The translations under genes and the position numbers were made by a program. A stretch of 64,000 nt of DNA from an uncultured Spirochaetia bacterium (GTDB lineage: Bacteria; Desulfobacterota_D; UBA1144; Nemesobacterales; JADFKM01): positions 1,033 through 65,032 of the forward strand of contig CAZXEJ010000004.1 of NCBI GenBank assembly GCA_964639895.1, read 5' to 3'. Below the pieces are notes generated by a model. The model made no database searches. It was not told where the DNA came from and saw only the letters and a list, made by a program, of their open reading frames with translations. This document shows positions 39,516-48,909 of the stretch, piece by piece. Every line of letters begins with the position of its first letter. Within the stretch, counting starts at the first letter, position 1.

Positions 39516-40070
39516 CTAAAAATGGACGTTTCTTACCAGGGTATTCAGTCTGTCGCAGTAGACCTTGTACACCCAGGTCCATTCGTTTGCGATCTCTGGC
39601 GTCCTGAACACCCTTTCGAGTAGGGCGAAGTAGTTCTCCAGAAGGTAGGCCATCGTAAGGCATATGTTGCGGAAGATGAACGGCCGGTCGGCCGGGTCCT
39701 CGGCCCAGTAGCGGAACAGGTTGACGACCGATTCGACCGATATCCTGTTGGAGCGGCGGGCGTTGATGAGGCGGGCCTCTGGGTAGACGCGGTTGGCGAA
39801 CTGGAGGGCCCTTATGAGAGAGGTCTCCTCGGGAGCGGCGATTCGGGCCATCTCGGCCAGCTCCACGACCTTGTTGACGCTCTCGGCCAAGGCTCGAATC
39901 ACCATCATTGATTTCTTCTCGGCGTTCTTCTCCCTCTCGACCTGGGTGATCAGATGATCCAACTCGAGCAGCGTCTCGAACAGGGTCTCTTCGAGCCTGA
40001 GATCATCACCGAGCTCGGCCATGGCCGGCTCTCCGGTTCCGCCGAAGGGATCGCTCGCATTAAGGCTCAT
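39516..40070 (-). CDS. hypothetical protein, co-transcribed downstream of the MshEN-REC regulator
   Basis: The ORF has coding-like composition. I chose the start at MSLNASDPF (with a GAGG 9 nt upstream); the alternative is ATG at 40142. I recognise no family. Confidence 0.45.
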   Translation of the reverse strand: MSLNASDPFGGTGEPAMAELGDDLRLEETLFETLLELDHLITQVEREKNAEKKSMMVIRALAESVNKVVELAEMARIAAPEETSLIRALQFANRVYPEARLINARRSNRISVESVVNLFRYWAEDPADRPFIFRNICLTMAYLLENYFALLERVFRTPEIANEWTWVYKVYCDRLNTLVRNVHF

Positions 40071-40166
40071 CTCGGGACCTCTAACGCAATCGCCCGAGCC
40101 GCCGCGGACGGCGTAGTGCGCGGTGGCTTCGAAATACACCATAAATTATAATGCTAAAACGGCACA

Positions 40167-41675
40167 CTACACACCGCCAGGCCCCAGCAACCGCAAGGCA
40201 GCCTCAGTCATCGCCGTCGGCCTGAGGGGTTTGACCAGGAAATCGGTCGCCCCGGCGATCTTGCCCTTGACCTTGTCGAACAGCCCCTCGCTCGAGGCGA
40301 GCATCACGACGGGAACGTCACGGGTCTCCTCGCGGCTCCTTACTATCTTGCAGAACTGATAGCCGTCCACGCGCGGCAGCTCGACGTTGACAAAAACAAG
40401 ATCGGGCGTCGTCTCCTCCATCTTGGCAAGCCCCTGCAACGCGTCGGCCGCCACGACGACGTTGAAGCCGCGCCTGCCCAGCAGCACGGTGCTTACGGCT
40501 TGGACGGTGGGGCTGTCGTCTATGACAAGCACCGTCTTCGCGCCTGACTCTACACGGTGGGCCGGTTCGACGACCTCCTCCCCGAGGTCGAAAGGCGCCG
40601 AGGGCGATGTGGCCGCCTCTTCCACCCCTTCTTCCGCCTCCTCCCCCACAGGAGCCGTCTCTCGGGCCTCAGGCTCAGGCCCCACCTCGGCCTCCTCGCC
40701 TCCCCGCCTCTCGAGCATCGCTTCCAGCTCCTTTAGATCCTCCTCGGCCCATTCCTCCTCGGGCACGATCACGTATTCGTCCCCCACGGCCCCGTTCTCC
40801 ACAGCGCGAGCTTCCCCTTCCACCTCGGTCTCCGCCGCCACCTCATCCCCAGCGTGCCCGGCGTCCGGCGGTACGGATGCAGCGGCACCGTCCCTGCCAA
40901 GGGCGGCACTCTCCATCACCTCCGCATCACCATCCACCCGGGCACGGCCACGCTCGGCAACGGCCGCCTGCTCAGCAGCCTCGAGCCCGCCGTCGCGCCT
41001 CTCCCCGGACGGGCCGGCCGCCTCGCCCCGGGAGCCGGAATACGGCCCGGCATGCTCTTCCTTCTTGAGACCCTGGCCGGAAGCCTCGTGAGCGGACCCC
41101 GCAGCACCCTCAGGCGCTCCTTCTTCGGCCGCCACGGCAACTCCTTCGGCCTCCTCCGCAGGACCTCCCCCCCCGGACGGCTCCGTGGCAACTTCTCCGT
41201 CCGCCACTTCCGAGACTTCGGCTTCCTCCGCCGAGCCCCCCTCTTCCGTTCCGCCGCCGTACCACCGCTCTATCGCTTTCCTTATCGCCCGCTCTGAGGC
41301 CACCTTGACTACGACGTTGCAGCCCGAGACGAACCCCACGTCGTCGACAGCGACGAGGTTCATCGGGTCGGCCATGGCCACGCATAGCTCCATACCCTCG
41401 AGCGACAAGGGAACGACCAAGTGTTCGTCGGCCACCTTGCGCGGTATCTTGGCAAGAACCTCGGCGGACACACTCGCTCCCTCCACGTCGGCCGGTGGAA
41501 CTCCGTACTTCTCGCCCAGGAACGCGGCCACCTGGAACTCGGTGACGAACCCCAGCTCGACGAGAGCGTCTTCGAGCGAGCCCCCACGACGCTTCTGCAG
41601 CGCCACGGCCTCCTTGAGCTGCTCGTAGGTGAGCACCTTCTCTCGTATCAGCTTGTCGGCAAGGTGGTTATCCAT
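40167..41675 (-). CDS. response regulator with an N-terminal T2SSE_N/MshEN-type domain, a long acidic disordered linker, and a C-terminal CheY-like receiver
   Basis: The N-terminus (…KVLTYEQLKEAVALQKRRGGSLEDALVELGFVTEFQVAAFLGEKYGVP…) matches the GspE/PilB N-terminal (MshEN) fold. About 250 aa of E/A/G-rich linker follow, then a receiver domain (VLVIDDSPTV…DLVFVNVELPRVDGYQF…) at the C-terminus. Confidence 0.7.
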   Translation of the reverse strand: MDNHLADKLIREKVLTYEQLKEAVALQKRRGGSLEDALVELGFVTEFQVAAFLGEKYGVPPADVEGASVSAEVLAKIPRKVADEHLVVPLSLEGMELCVAMADPMNLVAVDDVGFVSGCNVVVKVASERAIRKAIERWYGGGTEEGGSAEEAEVSEVADGEVATEPSGGGGPAEEAEGVAVAAEEGAPEGAAGSAHEASGQGLKKEEHAGPYSGSRGEAAGPSGERRDGGLEAAEQAAVAERGRARVDGDAEVMESAALGRDGAAASVPPDAGHAGDEVAAETEVEGEARAVENGAVGDEYVIVPEEEWAEEDLKELEAMLERRGGEEAEVGPEPEARETAPVGEEAEEGVEEAATSPSAPFDLGEEVVEPAHRVESGAKTVLVIDDSPTVQAVSTVLLGRRGFNVVVAADALQGLAKMEETTPDLVFVNVELPRVDGYQFCKIVRSREETRDVPVVMLASSEGLFDKVKGKIAGATDFLVKPLRPTAMTEAALRLLGPGGV

Positions 41676-41869
41676 TCTACTGCCACGAGAAGCGTCGGGC
41701 GCCTTCCGGAAAAAGCAATGGACGCCGAAATCACCGGCGGCGAAGGAATGCGGAAGAGGTCACGAAGGCAACCGCCGGAAAAAACTTGGTTTTACTAAAG
41801 TATAGATACGTGCGTATCCTTTCGCAACCCCCACCGCCGGTGAGGTGCGCAGCAGGGGTGAGTGGGAAC

Positions 41870-43231
41870 TCAGCCGAAGGGCATCCTGCCCGGCGACATG
41901 ATGCCAGCCGGATCGAACGCCTTCTTGATGCGCTTCATGAGCCCCTCGCCGCGGGGCCTAGACGAGGCCGCCTCGGGAGCCGACGTGCGCTCCACTACGA
42001 CGAAGCCGCCTCGCTCCTCGGCCCAGGCCCGCAGCCCCTCGATGCAGGAGCCGACGTCTCCGGCCGCCCCTGGGGCCGATGAAGGGGAAAGTTCCGCCCA
42101 CACGATGCCGGAGCCTAAACGTGAGTAGAGTGCCGCTCCCAGCCCGCATCGGCCGCTCGTCGACAGGACGGCCTCGACGGCCGAGGCGGCCATACCCTTG
42201 GGCACCACCACCTTGAGGGTCGCCTCGCCGGCCAGCGCCCGGGGCAGCATGGATACCGCTCTCCAGAACCCTTCTTGAACCTCGCCCTCCAGCACCTCGG
42301 GTCCCCCCTCTCCCCCTGGACCGCCGGGCGGAGCGGAGGAAGAGAACACGCCGCAGAGCCTTTCGACCTGTGCGGCCACGGCCTCCTCGATACCGTCGAA
42401 CCTTACAGCCACCCGCCACCCCGAGGCCACATCCAACCCGGCCCCACGCAGGGCGTGACACGCGGCCTCGGGCCCCAGCAGCTCTACAGCCGAGGGTTGG
42501 AAGCGGGAACTCCGCAGTGCGTCGAGTACGCCCCCTGCCTCGCCCGGGCCCACGATGGGCACCACCACCGTTCGTTCGGCCTCGGGCAGCGGGTGGACCC
42601 TGAACGTAACCTCCGTTATGACGCCCAGCGTCCCCCAGGAGCCGATCAGAAGCTTGCTCATGTCGTAGCCGGCTACGTTCTTCGTCACCTTGCCGCCGAA
42701 CCCCACGCGCCCCACCGCGGGCAGGACCGCCCTTAGACCCAGCACCATGTCCCTGATCGAACCGTACTTGTACCTGAGCGGAGAGTCGGCGTTCGAAGCC
42801 ACAACCCCTCCCACCGTCACACCCTCACCCCAGAACGGCTCGATGGGCAGGAACTGTCCCCGCTCCCTGAGCAGGCGCCTCACCTCTCCCAGGGTACAAC
42901 CCGCACCCACGGTGACCGACAGGTTCTCGTGATCGTAGTCGACCACCGTACGGAACCGCGAGGTGTCAACGACGACGTCCATGCGGCGGAGCCGGCCGCA
43001 CCGCTCCATCTTGGTGCCACTACCCCAGGGGACGACGGCCGCACCGGCGGCGGACAGCTCCTCGAGCACACGGGCGAGCTCCTCCTCGTCGTCCGGCTTC
43101 ACGAGGAGCCGCGGCTCCAGTCCCCACAGGCCGCGCGCGCGGAGCGAATCATGGTCCGTCTGAACGGCCCCTTCGCGGAGGAGGCCCGCTACGGCCGTTG
43201 CCAGTACGTCGCCGGGGACCTCATCGCTCAT
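41870..43231 (-). CDS. FAD-binding oxidase, GlcE-like (glycolate oxidase FAD-binding subunit family)
   Basis: FAD_binding_4 domain (…VVPWGSGTKMERCG…) and a C-terminal …LMKRIKKAFDPAGIMSPGR tail typical of GlcE. I chose the start at MSDEVPGD, overlapping the glcF stop. Confidence 0.7.
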   Translation of the reverse strand: MSDEVPGDVLATAVAGLLREGAVQTDHDSLRARGLWGLEPRLLVKPDDEEELARVLEELSAAGAAVVPWGSGTKMERCGRLRRMDVVVDTSRFRTVVDYDHENLSVTVGAGCTLGEVRRLLRERGQFLPIEPFWGEGVTVGGVVASNADSPLRYKYGSIRDMVLGLRAVLPAVGRVGFGGKVTKNVAGYDMSKLLIGSWGTLGVITEVTFRVHPLPEAERTVVVPIVGPGEAGGVLDALRSSRFQPSAVELLGPEAACHALRGAGLDVASGWRVAVRFDGIEEAVAAQVERLCGVFSSSAPPGGPGGEGGPEVLEGEVQEGFWRAVSMLPRALAGEATLKVVVPKGMAASAVEAVLSTSGRCGLGAALYSRLGSGIVWAELSPSSAPGAAGDVGSCIEGLRAWAEERGGFVVVERTSAPEAASSRPRGEGLMKRIKKAFDPAGIMSPGRMPFG

Positions 43232-44510
43232 CGTAGCCTCCCTCCTCATCGTCGGCCGCGTCTCCTCCTGCCCAGTCGAGTATCTCTGCAAGATGTACCA
43301 CCCTCACAGCCGATCCCGCCTCTCTCAGTCCCGAAGCGATCTGTAACATGCAGCCCGGATTGGGGGCCACCACGACCTCGGCCCCCGTTGAGAGGACGTC
43401 GCGAACCTTCTCGGCCAGTATCTTCTCCGCCATCTCGGGCTCGACGACGTTGTATATGCCGGCGCTTCCGCAGCAGCGCGTCGGGTTCTTCATTTCACGC
43501 AGTTCCACCCCCGGTATGCAGCGCAGCAGGCTGCGTGGCTCGCGACTTACGCGCTGGGCGTGGACGAGATGGCACGGGTCCTGGTAGGTGACGGTCAGAC
43601 GAAGCTCCCTCGAGACCGGCTCGGCGGCCCCCATCTCGACGAGCACCTCGCTCAGGTCGCGCACCATCTCGGCGAAACGCCGCGCACGTTTCCCGTAGTG
43701 GCGGTCAAACCGCAGCAACTCACCGTACTCCTTCATGGCCGAGCCGCAGCCGGCCGAGTTGACGACCACCCTCTCGACGCCCGCACGCTCGAACGCCTCG
43801 ATGTTCCTTGCGGCCATGAGCATCGCCCGCTCGACGTCGCCGTTGTGAACGTTGAGCGCCCCGCAACAACCCTGTGCGGGCGGCACGACCACCTCGGCCC
43901 CGGCGCGGCGGAGCACGCGTAGGGTGGCGCGGTTTACGTGGGGCATGAGGGTGTCCATGACGCACCCAGTCAGGAACCCCACCCTGAGGCGTCGCCGGCC
44001 CAGAGCACTATAGACACCGGGTACGAGCGGCGACTCGCCCAGGCGGGGACGGGGCAACATCGCCTCCATCGCCGCCAGGCGGGCGGGCATGAGCCTTCTC
44101 AGCGCGTCGCGGAACGGCAACCTCGCGTACAGCCTGAGCACGGCGCCCACGAGGCGGGTCACCGCGGGACGGGGCAGGACGACGCCCAGGAAAAACCCGA
44201 GCAGGCGGCCGCGCCATCCGCTCCACGGCAGCCCCGCGGTCTGGCGCGCGCCTTCGAGTATGGTGCCATAGTTCACTCCGGCAGGGCAGACGGTCTCGCA
44301 GGCTCGGCACCCGAGGCACGTGTAGATGTGGCGCGTGAACGTGTAGGAAGGATTGATGCGACCCTCGTAGAGGGCGCGGCTCAGGTGGATCCTGCCGCGG
44401 GGAGACTCCGTCTCAAGCCCCGTAAGCTCGTAGGTGGGACACGCGGCCAGGCAGACGCCGCAATGGATGCAATTATAGACCTCTTCCAGCCGGGCGGATG
44501 GTGAACTCAC
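43221..44510 (-). CDS. (Fe-S)-binding protein, GlcF-like (two CCG domains plus 2x4Fe-4S)
   Basis: The N-terminal cysteine motifs CIHCGVCLAACP and CLGCRACETVCP are followed by CCG-type cysteine clusters; 429 aa. Confidence 0.8.
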   Translation of the reverse strand: MSSPSARLEEVYNCIHCGVCLAACPTYELTGLETESPRGRIHLSRALYEGRINPSYTFTRHIYTCLGCRACETVCPAGVNYGTILEGARQTAGLPWSGWRGRLLGFFLGVVLPRPAVTRLVGAVLRLYARLPFRDALRRLMPARLAAMEAMLPRPRLGESPLVPGVYSALGRRRLRVGFLTGCVMDTLMPHVNRATLRVLRRAGAEVVVPPAQGCCGALNVHNGDVERAMLMAARNIEAFERAGVERVVVNSAGCGSAMKEYGELLRFDRHYGKRARRFAEMVRDLSEVLVEMGAAEPVSRELRLTVTYQDPCHLVHAQRVSREPRSLLRCIPGVELREMKNPTRCCGSAGIYNVVEPEMAEKILAEKVRDVLSTGAEVVVAPNPGCMLQIASGLREAGSAVRVVHLAEILDWAGGDAADDEEGGYDER

Positions 44511-44612
44511 ATTGTATCAGCTTAACATCTTTTGCCCCTGTGCGGCGAAGCCCCCACCGGGCGGGCTTCACCCCGGCCCACGACGGTAGGCGCCGGAGGC
44601 GGGCGGGACACC

Positions 44613-45209
44613 TCAATTGGTCCTCGTGTACCTTACCCCCTGGAGCTCGGGCTCGCCGAGCTTCCTGTCCAGGTAGTCGAAGTCGCAGCCTGCCACCCAG
44701 AATATGTAGGTATCGGGCTTGTCCTCGGCCACCATGAACGAGAGCAACTTCTCGCAACAGATCTGGAACACCTTGACGACGTCCGGGAACTCGACCCCCT
44801 CGGGTATGGCGACCTCGAGCTTGCAGGGCTCGGCACCGGCCTCGAGGGCGTCGAGCAGGCTCTCGATGACGTCGTGAGTCGTGATTATGCCCACCAGGTC
44901 GCCGTCGTGGTTGACGACGGGAATGGCGTTGAACTTCCGGCTCAGCAGGATCTGGGCGGCCACGTGCAGGTCGACGTCCTCATATATGGTCACGGGGTTG
45001 GGCGTCATAATATCGGCGACTTTGAGGTCTGTCTTGAACAGCACAGTGCGAAGGTCCCTGTCGGTCACGATACCGACTATCTTGCCCCCGTCCACCACGG
45101 GCACCTGATGGAAGTTGTGCTTCTTGAGCAACCGGAACGTGGACATTATGTCGGCGTCCGGACCGACGGTGTAGGGATCGGGTGTCATACAGTTACGTAC
45201 CAGCAGCAT
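44613..45209 (-). CDS. CBS-domain pair protein with a C-terminal extension
   Basis: Two CBS motifs (…HQVPVVDGGKIVGIVTDRDL… and …NAIPVVNHDGDLVGIITTHDV…). Confidence 0.8.
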   Translation of the reverse strand: MLLVRNCMTPDPYTVGPDADIMSTFRLLKKHNFHQVPVVDGGKIVGIVTDRDLRTVLFKTDLKVADIMTPNPVTIYEDVDLHVAAQILLSRKFNAIPVVNHDGDLVGIITTHDVIESLLDALEAGAEPCKLEVAIPEGVEFPDVVKVFQICCEKLLSFMVAEDKPDTYIFWVAGCDFDYLDRKLGEPELQGVRYTRTN

Positions 45210-45410
45210 CTCCTACTCTCCTTCTAAACGCTTGATGGGTGCCCCCCAGCGGCGCCTCGCGGCCGGAACCGCCCCCTCTAAGGGCACCGAAACGAAGGTG
45301 GACGGCCGCATGGAGGCGGGGACTCGTTCACTGACCACCCCAACAAAACTACCACACCTGCAACATCCAAACAAGACACTCTCGGGGCGGCGTCTGCCGC
45401 GGAGATCGAG

Positions 45411-45438
45411 TTGTAACGACGGGCCGGCAGGATATAAT
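45411..45438 (+). promoter_or_regulatory. promoter TTGTAA-N16-TATAAT, placing the transcription start about 2 nt before the bolA ATG (leaderless)
   Basis: TTGTAA at 45411-45416 and TATAAT at 45433-45438, with the bolA ATG at 45447. There is no SD sequence. Confidence 0.45.
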
Positions 45439-45446
45439 TAGAAAAC

Positions 45447-45686
45447 ATGGAACCCGAAGACATAAAGCGCATGATAGCCGCGGCCATGCCCGATGCCTAC
45501 GTCGAAGTCGTGGGAGACGGCGAGCACTTCCAGGCCGTGGTAGTGTCGGACCGATTCGAAGGAAAGGGCCTGGTCGAACAGCACCAGATGGTCTATGCCG
45601 CCCTAGGTAACTCGATGAGGGAGAAGGTCCACGCCCTATCCATAAAGACCTATACACTCCAAGAGTGGAACAGGCAGCGGGGCTGA
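45447..45686 (+). CDS. bolA: BolA-family protein
   Basis: 79 aa with the BolA fold signature (…VEVVGDGEHFQAVVVSDRFEGK…HQMVYAAL…). Confidence 0.75.
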   Translation: MEPEDIKRMIAAAMPDAYVEVVGDGEHFQAVVVSDRFEGKGLVEQHQMVYAALGNSMREKVHALSIKTYTLQEWNRQRG

Positions 45687-46007
45687 AGCCAAGAGGAGTC
45701 GGCCGGGCCGAGGAACCGGCACCCGGGCTACGGGGCGCCAATCCCGGGCCGAGCGCCCGATCCACTCCCTCACCGCAAGGTGCAGCGTGAGGCAGGCCCA
45801 TCATAAACATGGGGGCTCCCGCAGGCAGGCCTATTCTACCGGGCCCCGTAACACCACCCCCGCGGGCGAAGCAACAACAGGGTATCCCTCACACTGCACG
45901 CCGGGGCACCCCACCCGCGGCAGTGCGAGCTGGGTGCGGGATGTTGAATTGGGCGGATGTGCAAGTAGACTATTTAGGATGACAAACCATCTCCGGAGGC
46001 GCGAACG

Positions 46008-46337
46008 ATGGATCAGGAAACACTCGATAAGATCAAGTCCCAGATCGAGAACAACGACATAGTCATATACATGAAGGGTACGCCCGAGATGCCAATGTGC
46101 GGTTTCTCGGCGCAGACCGTAAACCTGTTTCTCAGCTACGGCGTCCCCTTCAAGGCCGTAAACGTACTCGAAGACCCGGCCATAAGACAAGGCATCAAGG
46201 AGTATTCGAACTGGCCCACGCTGCCGCAGGTCTACATCAAGGGAAAGTTCATCGGGGGCTGCGACATATGCAACGAGCTTCACGCGCGCGGTGAGCTGGA
46301 GAAGATGGCCAAAGAGGCCGTGGGCATGAGCGGCTAG
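46008..46337 (+). CDS. grxD: monothiol glutaredoxin (Grx4 family)
   Basis: CGFS active site (…PEMPMCGFSAQTV…) and the WPTLPQVYIKGKFIGGCDI motif; 109 aa. Confidence 0.9.
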   Translation: MDQETLDKIKSQIENNDIVIYMKGTPEMPMCGFSAQTVNLFLSYGVPFKAVNVLEDPAIRQGIKEYSNWPTLPQVYIKGKFIGGCDICNELHARGELEKMAKEAVGMSG

Positions 46338-46496
46338 GGCGTTGCCTGAAGAAGAACAGTCTTTGTCCGTGGAGTGTGGGGAGGTCCGCCCATAGGGGTG
46401 GAGCCGCACGCCCCGGCGGAGAAGAAGCGGCCGGGGACGTTGCGGCCCATACCTTACATCGTCCCCGCCGCGGGCGGCTCGTCCCTCAAGATTTGG

Positions 46497-46970
46497 TTAA
46501 CATTTGGTTCTCGTGGCCAGGCCCAGCACGACGCAACCCGAGGCGGTGCGCCCGCCGACGTCGCCTATGAGCCGCATGTCAAGAGGTTCCACCACCAAGG
46601 CCTTGAGAACGTTCTTGAACCTGAACAAGAAGTACCTCTTCTCCTTACGGAACTTGCCCAGTACGCGCAGACGTATCCCTTTCTTGAGCGCAAGGAACCC
46701 CTTTGCATAGACGCCCAGCCTGTTTCCCTTCCTATCAGACAGCCTGAACAGCGTATAGGCATCTCCGCGCGGCGATGAGGCGTGGTGCACCTTGGTAACC
46801 ACGCCTTCGACCACTATGCTGTCGCCATCGTATAGCTTGGGATACGACACGACCGTCTCTATGGTCGCCGGCACGGCGTCGTCGCCCGTCCCCTGGGCCG
46901 CGAACGCCGGTGCGAGCGACATTGCAAGCACTAGCACAACAGCTGCAATCGCAATCTCACTCACCCTCAT
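46497..46970 (-). CDS. secreted hypothetical protein (possibly OB-fold/BOF-like)
   Basis: Signal peptide (…LVLAMSLAPAFAAQG) followed by a small beta-rich domain. I recognise no motif. Confidence 0.45.
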   Translation of the reverse strand: MRVSEIAIAAVVLVLAMSLAPAFAAQGTGDDAVPATIETVVSYPKLYDGDSIVVEGVVTKVHHASSPRGDAYTLFRLSDRKGNRLGVYAKGFLALKKGIRLRVLGKFRKEKRYFLFRFKNVLKALVVEPLDMRLIGDVGGRTASGCVVLGLATRTKC

Positions 46971-47390
46971 CTCAACACTCCTAGGGCTGAATGTCCGTTC
47001 CCCCTACTTTTTTGAGCATCGAAGGGGGCCGAAAGGTTCAAGATTTGTCACGCGGGAAGACGAAAATTGTCAACCACGCCCGCCCGTGCGACCGCCACCC
47101 TGCACTCTCGGTACGGTTCAATACACTAAGGGCAAGAACCGTGCCGATGAACCGGCCGGGCTCCGCCTCCCGGAATACAACGCTGTGCTGTAGGCTTGGA
47201 GTAGTCCCCCGTTCCCCCTAATGCTACCGTGCGGACGAGGGAGGCGCAAGCAAGGTGGATGAGGAAAAGCTGAGCGCGGGCGAGGCGGATGTGCCGGTAC
47301 CGAAATATCGCCAACTCGGGGGGGTAAATGTGGACCGCGGGCGGGGGGTGAAAGCGGAGGGCCACTCGTCAGGTACCGAGCCCGAGCCGC

Positions 47391-47603
47391 CTAGGCCGCC
47401 CAGACAAAGATGCGGCGCGAAGAGACGTCGTAGCGCACGTTGTGGCCGCGGGTCTGGGGGTAGAGCTCGTATATCTTCTCCCTCAATTCGGCTTCAATCC
47501 TGCGGACGTCTTCGTAACGCCCCTCGAGCCGCGCAAGCTGGACGGCCTTCTGAAGCCTCCACAACTGGTCCGCTTCGACGTCCTTGACGGGAATCGGATC
47601 CAT
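47391..47603 (-). CDS. small hypothetical protein (70 aa)
   Basis: This is the only stretch inside ORF-free island D with coding-like, less skewed composition. I recognise no homologue. Confidence 0.3.
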   Translation of the reverse strand: MDPIPVKDVEADQLWRLQKAVQLARLEGRYEDVRRIEAELREKIYELYPQTRGHNVRYDVSSRRIFVWAA

Positions 47604-48235
47604 CCCGAGAGCCTCCCTGGCGGGCCAACGCCGCCGACGGATGGGGAAGTGAGGAAATAGTTTAACCCGGCCCCCCGGCCGCAGTCAAACACCACAGCCG
47701 TCGACGACGGAACTCCCCACGTGGGGGGGGAGCGCATAGCCCTCTGCCTATGTGGACGGCAAACCCACACTCCGACACGCCGGTGGGAAGCAACGAAGCC
47801 CCCCTAACGGTGCAGACGCCCCGGCGGCCCGCCCCCGTTCGTGCACGGCGCACGGGGGCACGCAACCTACCCCAGCTTCCAGCCGCGGGACGTCTCCCGG
47901 ACCGCCGACGCATCCATCGAGCGGAAGGAGCTAGCCCTGCGCCTTGCAGGCGGGACACCACCGAGGAAATACGCCGCCCCTTACAATCCACCCTCACCTC
48001 TTCGCCCGCACGCCGGACGCGCAACGTAAGACCCCCCTCGGCGCCTCGTCACCCCCTACATCAGACGCCCCTTCCCACGAGCGCAGCGCCTCCTCCTCTC
48101 GGCGGCCCCTCCTCCCGACGGGCACCACTGAGCCCGGGAAGTGGGCAGCGCAGGCGCTGGTGACACCGCCAGAGCGCTGATGTATGATAAAGTTTGAGGC
48201 CCTTTCGGGCACTACAGCCACACCGGAGCAGGCCA

Positions 48236-48661
48236 ATGGACGAAGCGGAAGCCGTTCTCAAGGCGAACAAGCTGTTCTACCGGGCTCTCGGAACGCGGGA
48301 CCTCGACCTCATGGGGCGTGTATGGATTCAGGACGACCGGGCAAAGTGCGTTCATCCGGGCTGGACCTCGCTCAACGGTTGGGAGGCCATACGCCAGAGC
48401 TGGGAGAACGTGTTCGACCCGAGAGACCAGGTGGACATAGAGATATCGAACGTATCGCTCCGCGTGGCAGGTCGTACGGCGTGGCTGACGTGCATACAGA
48501 AGATGACCTATGTGTGCCGCGATCCCGTGATGGTGAACATCTCGGTCTCGACCAACATATTCGAGCGTCACGGCGAGCGGTGGCTGATGGTGTTGCACCA
48601 CGCTTCCCCCCTGCCCATAATGGGTGCCGAGGAATCACCCTCGGAGACGGAGTTGCAATAG
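48236..48661 (+). CDS. NTF2-like/SnoaL-like small protein (paralogue of 60182-60598)
   Basis: Its motifs (…CVHPGW…GWEAIRQSWENVF…WLTCIQK…TNIFERHGERWLMVLHHASP…) are shared with the second copy. I chose the start at MDEAEAV. Confidence 0.6.
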   Translation: MDEAEAVLKANKLFYRALGTRDLDLMGRVWIQDDRAKCVHPGWTSLNGWEAIRQSWENVFDPRDQVDIEISNVSLRVAGRTAWLTCIQKMTYVCRDPVMVNISVSTNIFERHGERWLMVLHHASPLPIMGAEESPSETELQ

Positions 48662-48872
48662 CACTGCGGGCGGGTCCGCCGCCTCCTCCTACAACGCCAT
48701 CCATCGCCTTCCCCCCAGGCCCAAGAGCATCGCGGCCGCGGTCGTGACCGCAGCGTGGGCCGTGCCGTAGCCGCCGGGCCGACCCAACCTACGCGCGGCC
48801 CCCCCGCACCCGGGCATCCATCGGCCTCCTGTCAGTTGGGGGCCGGACGGCGAAGCAACCCGCCGCGGCGGG

Positions 48873-48901
48873 TTGACACGCCCCGAGGAGACCACTAGAC
48901 T
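48873..48901 (+). promoter_or_regulatory. promoter TTGACA-N17-TAGACT driving the riboswitch-btuB transcript
   Basis: TTGACA at 48873-48878 and TAGACT at 48896-48901. The riboswitch aptamer begins about 40-60 nt downstream. Confidence 0.4.
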
Positions 48902-48909
48902 GTAATAAA

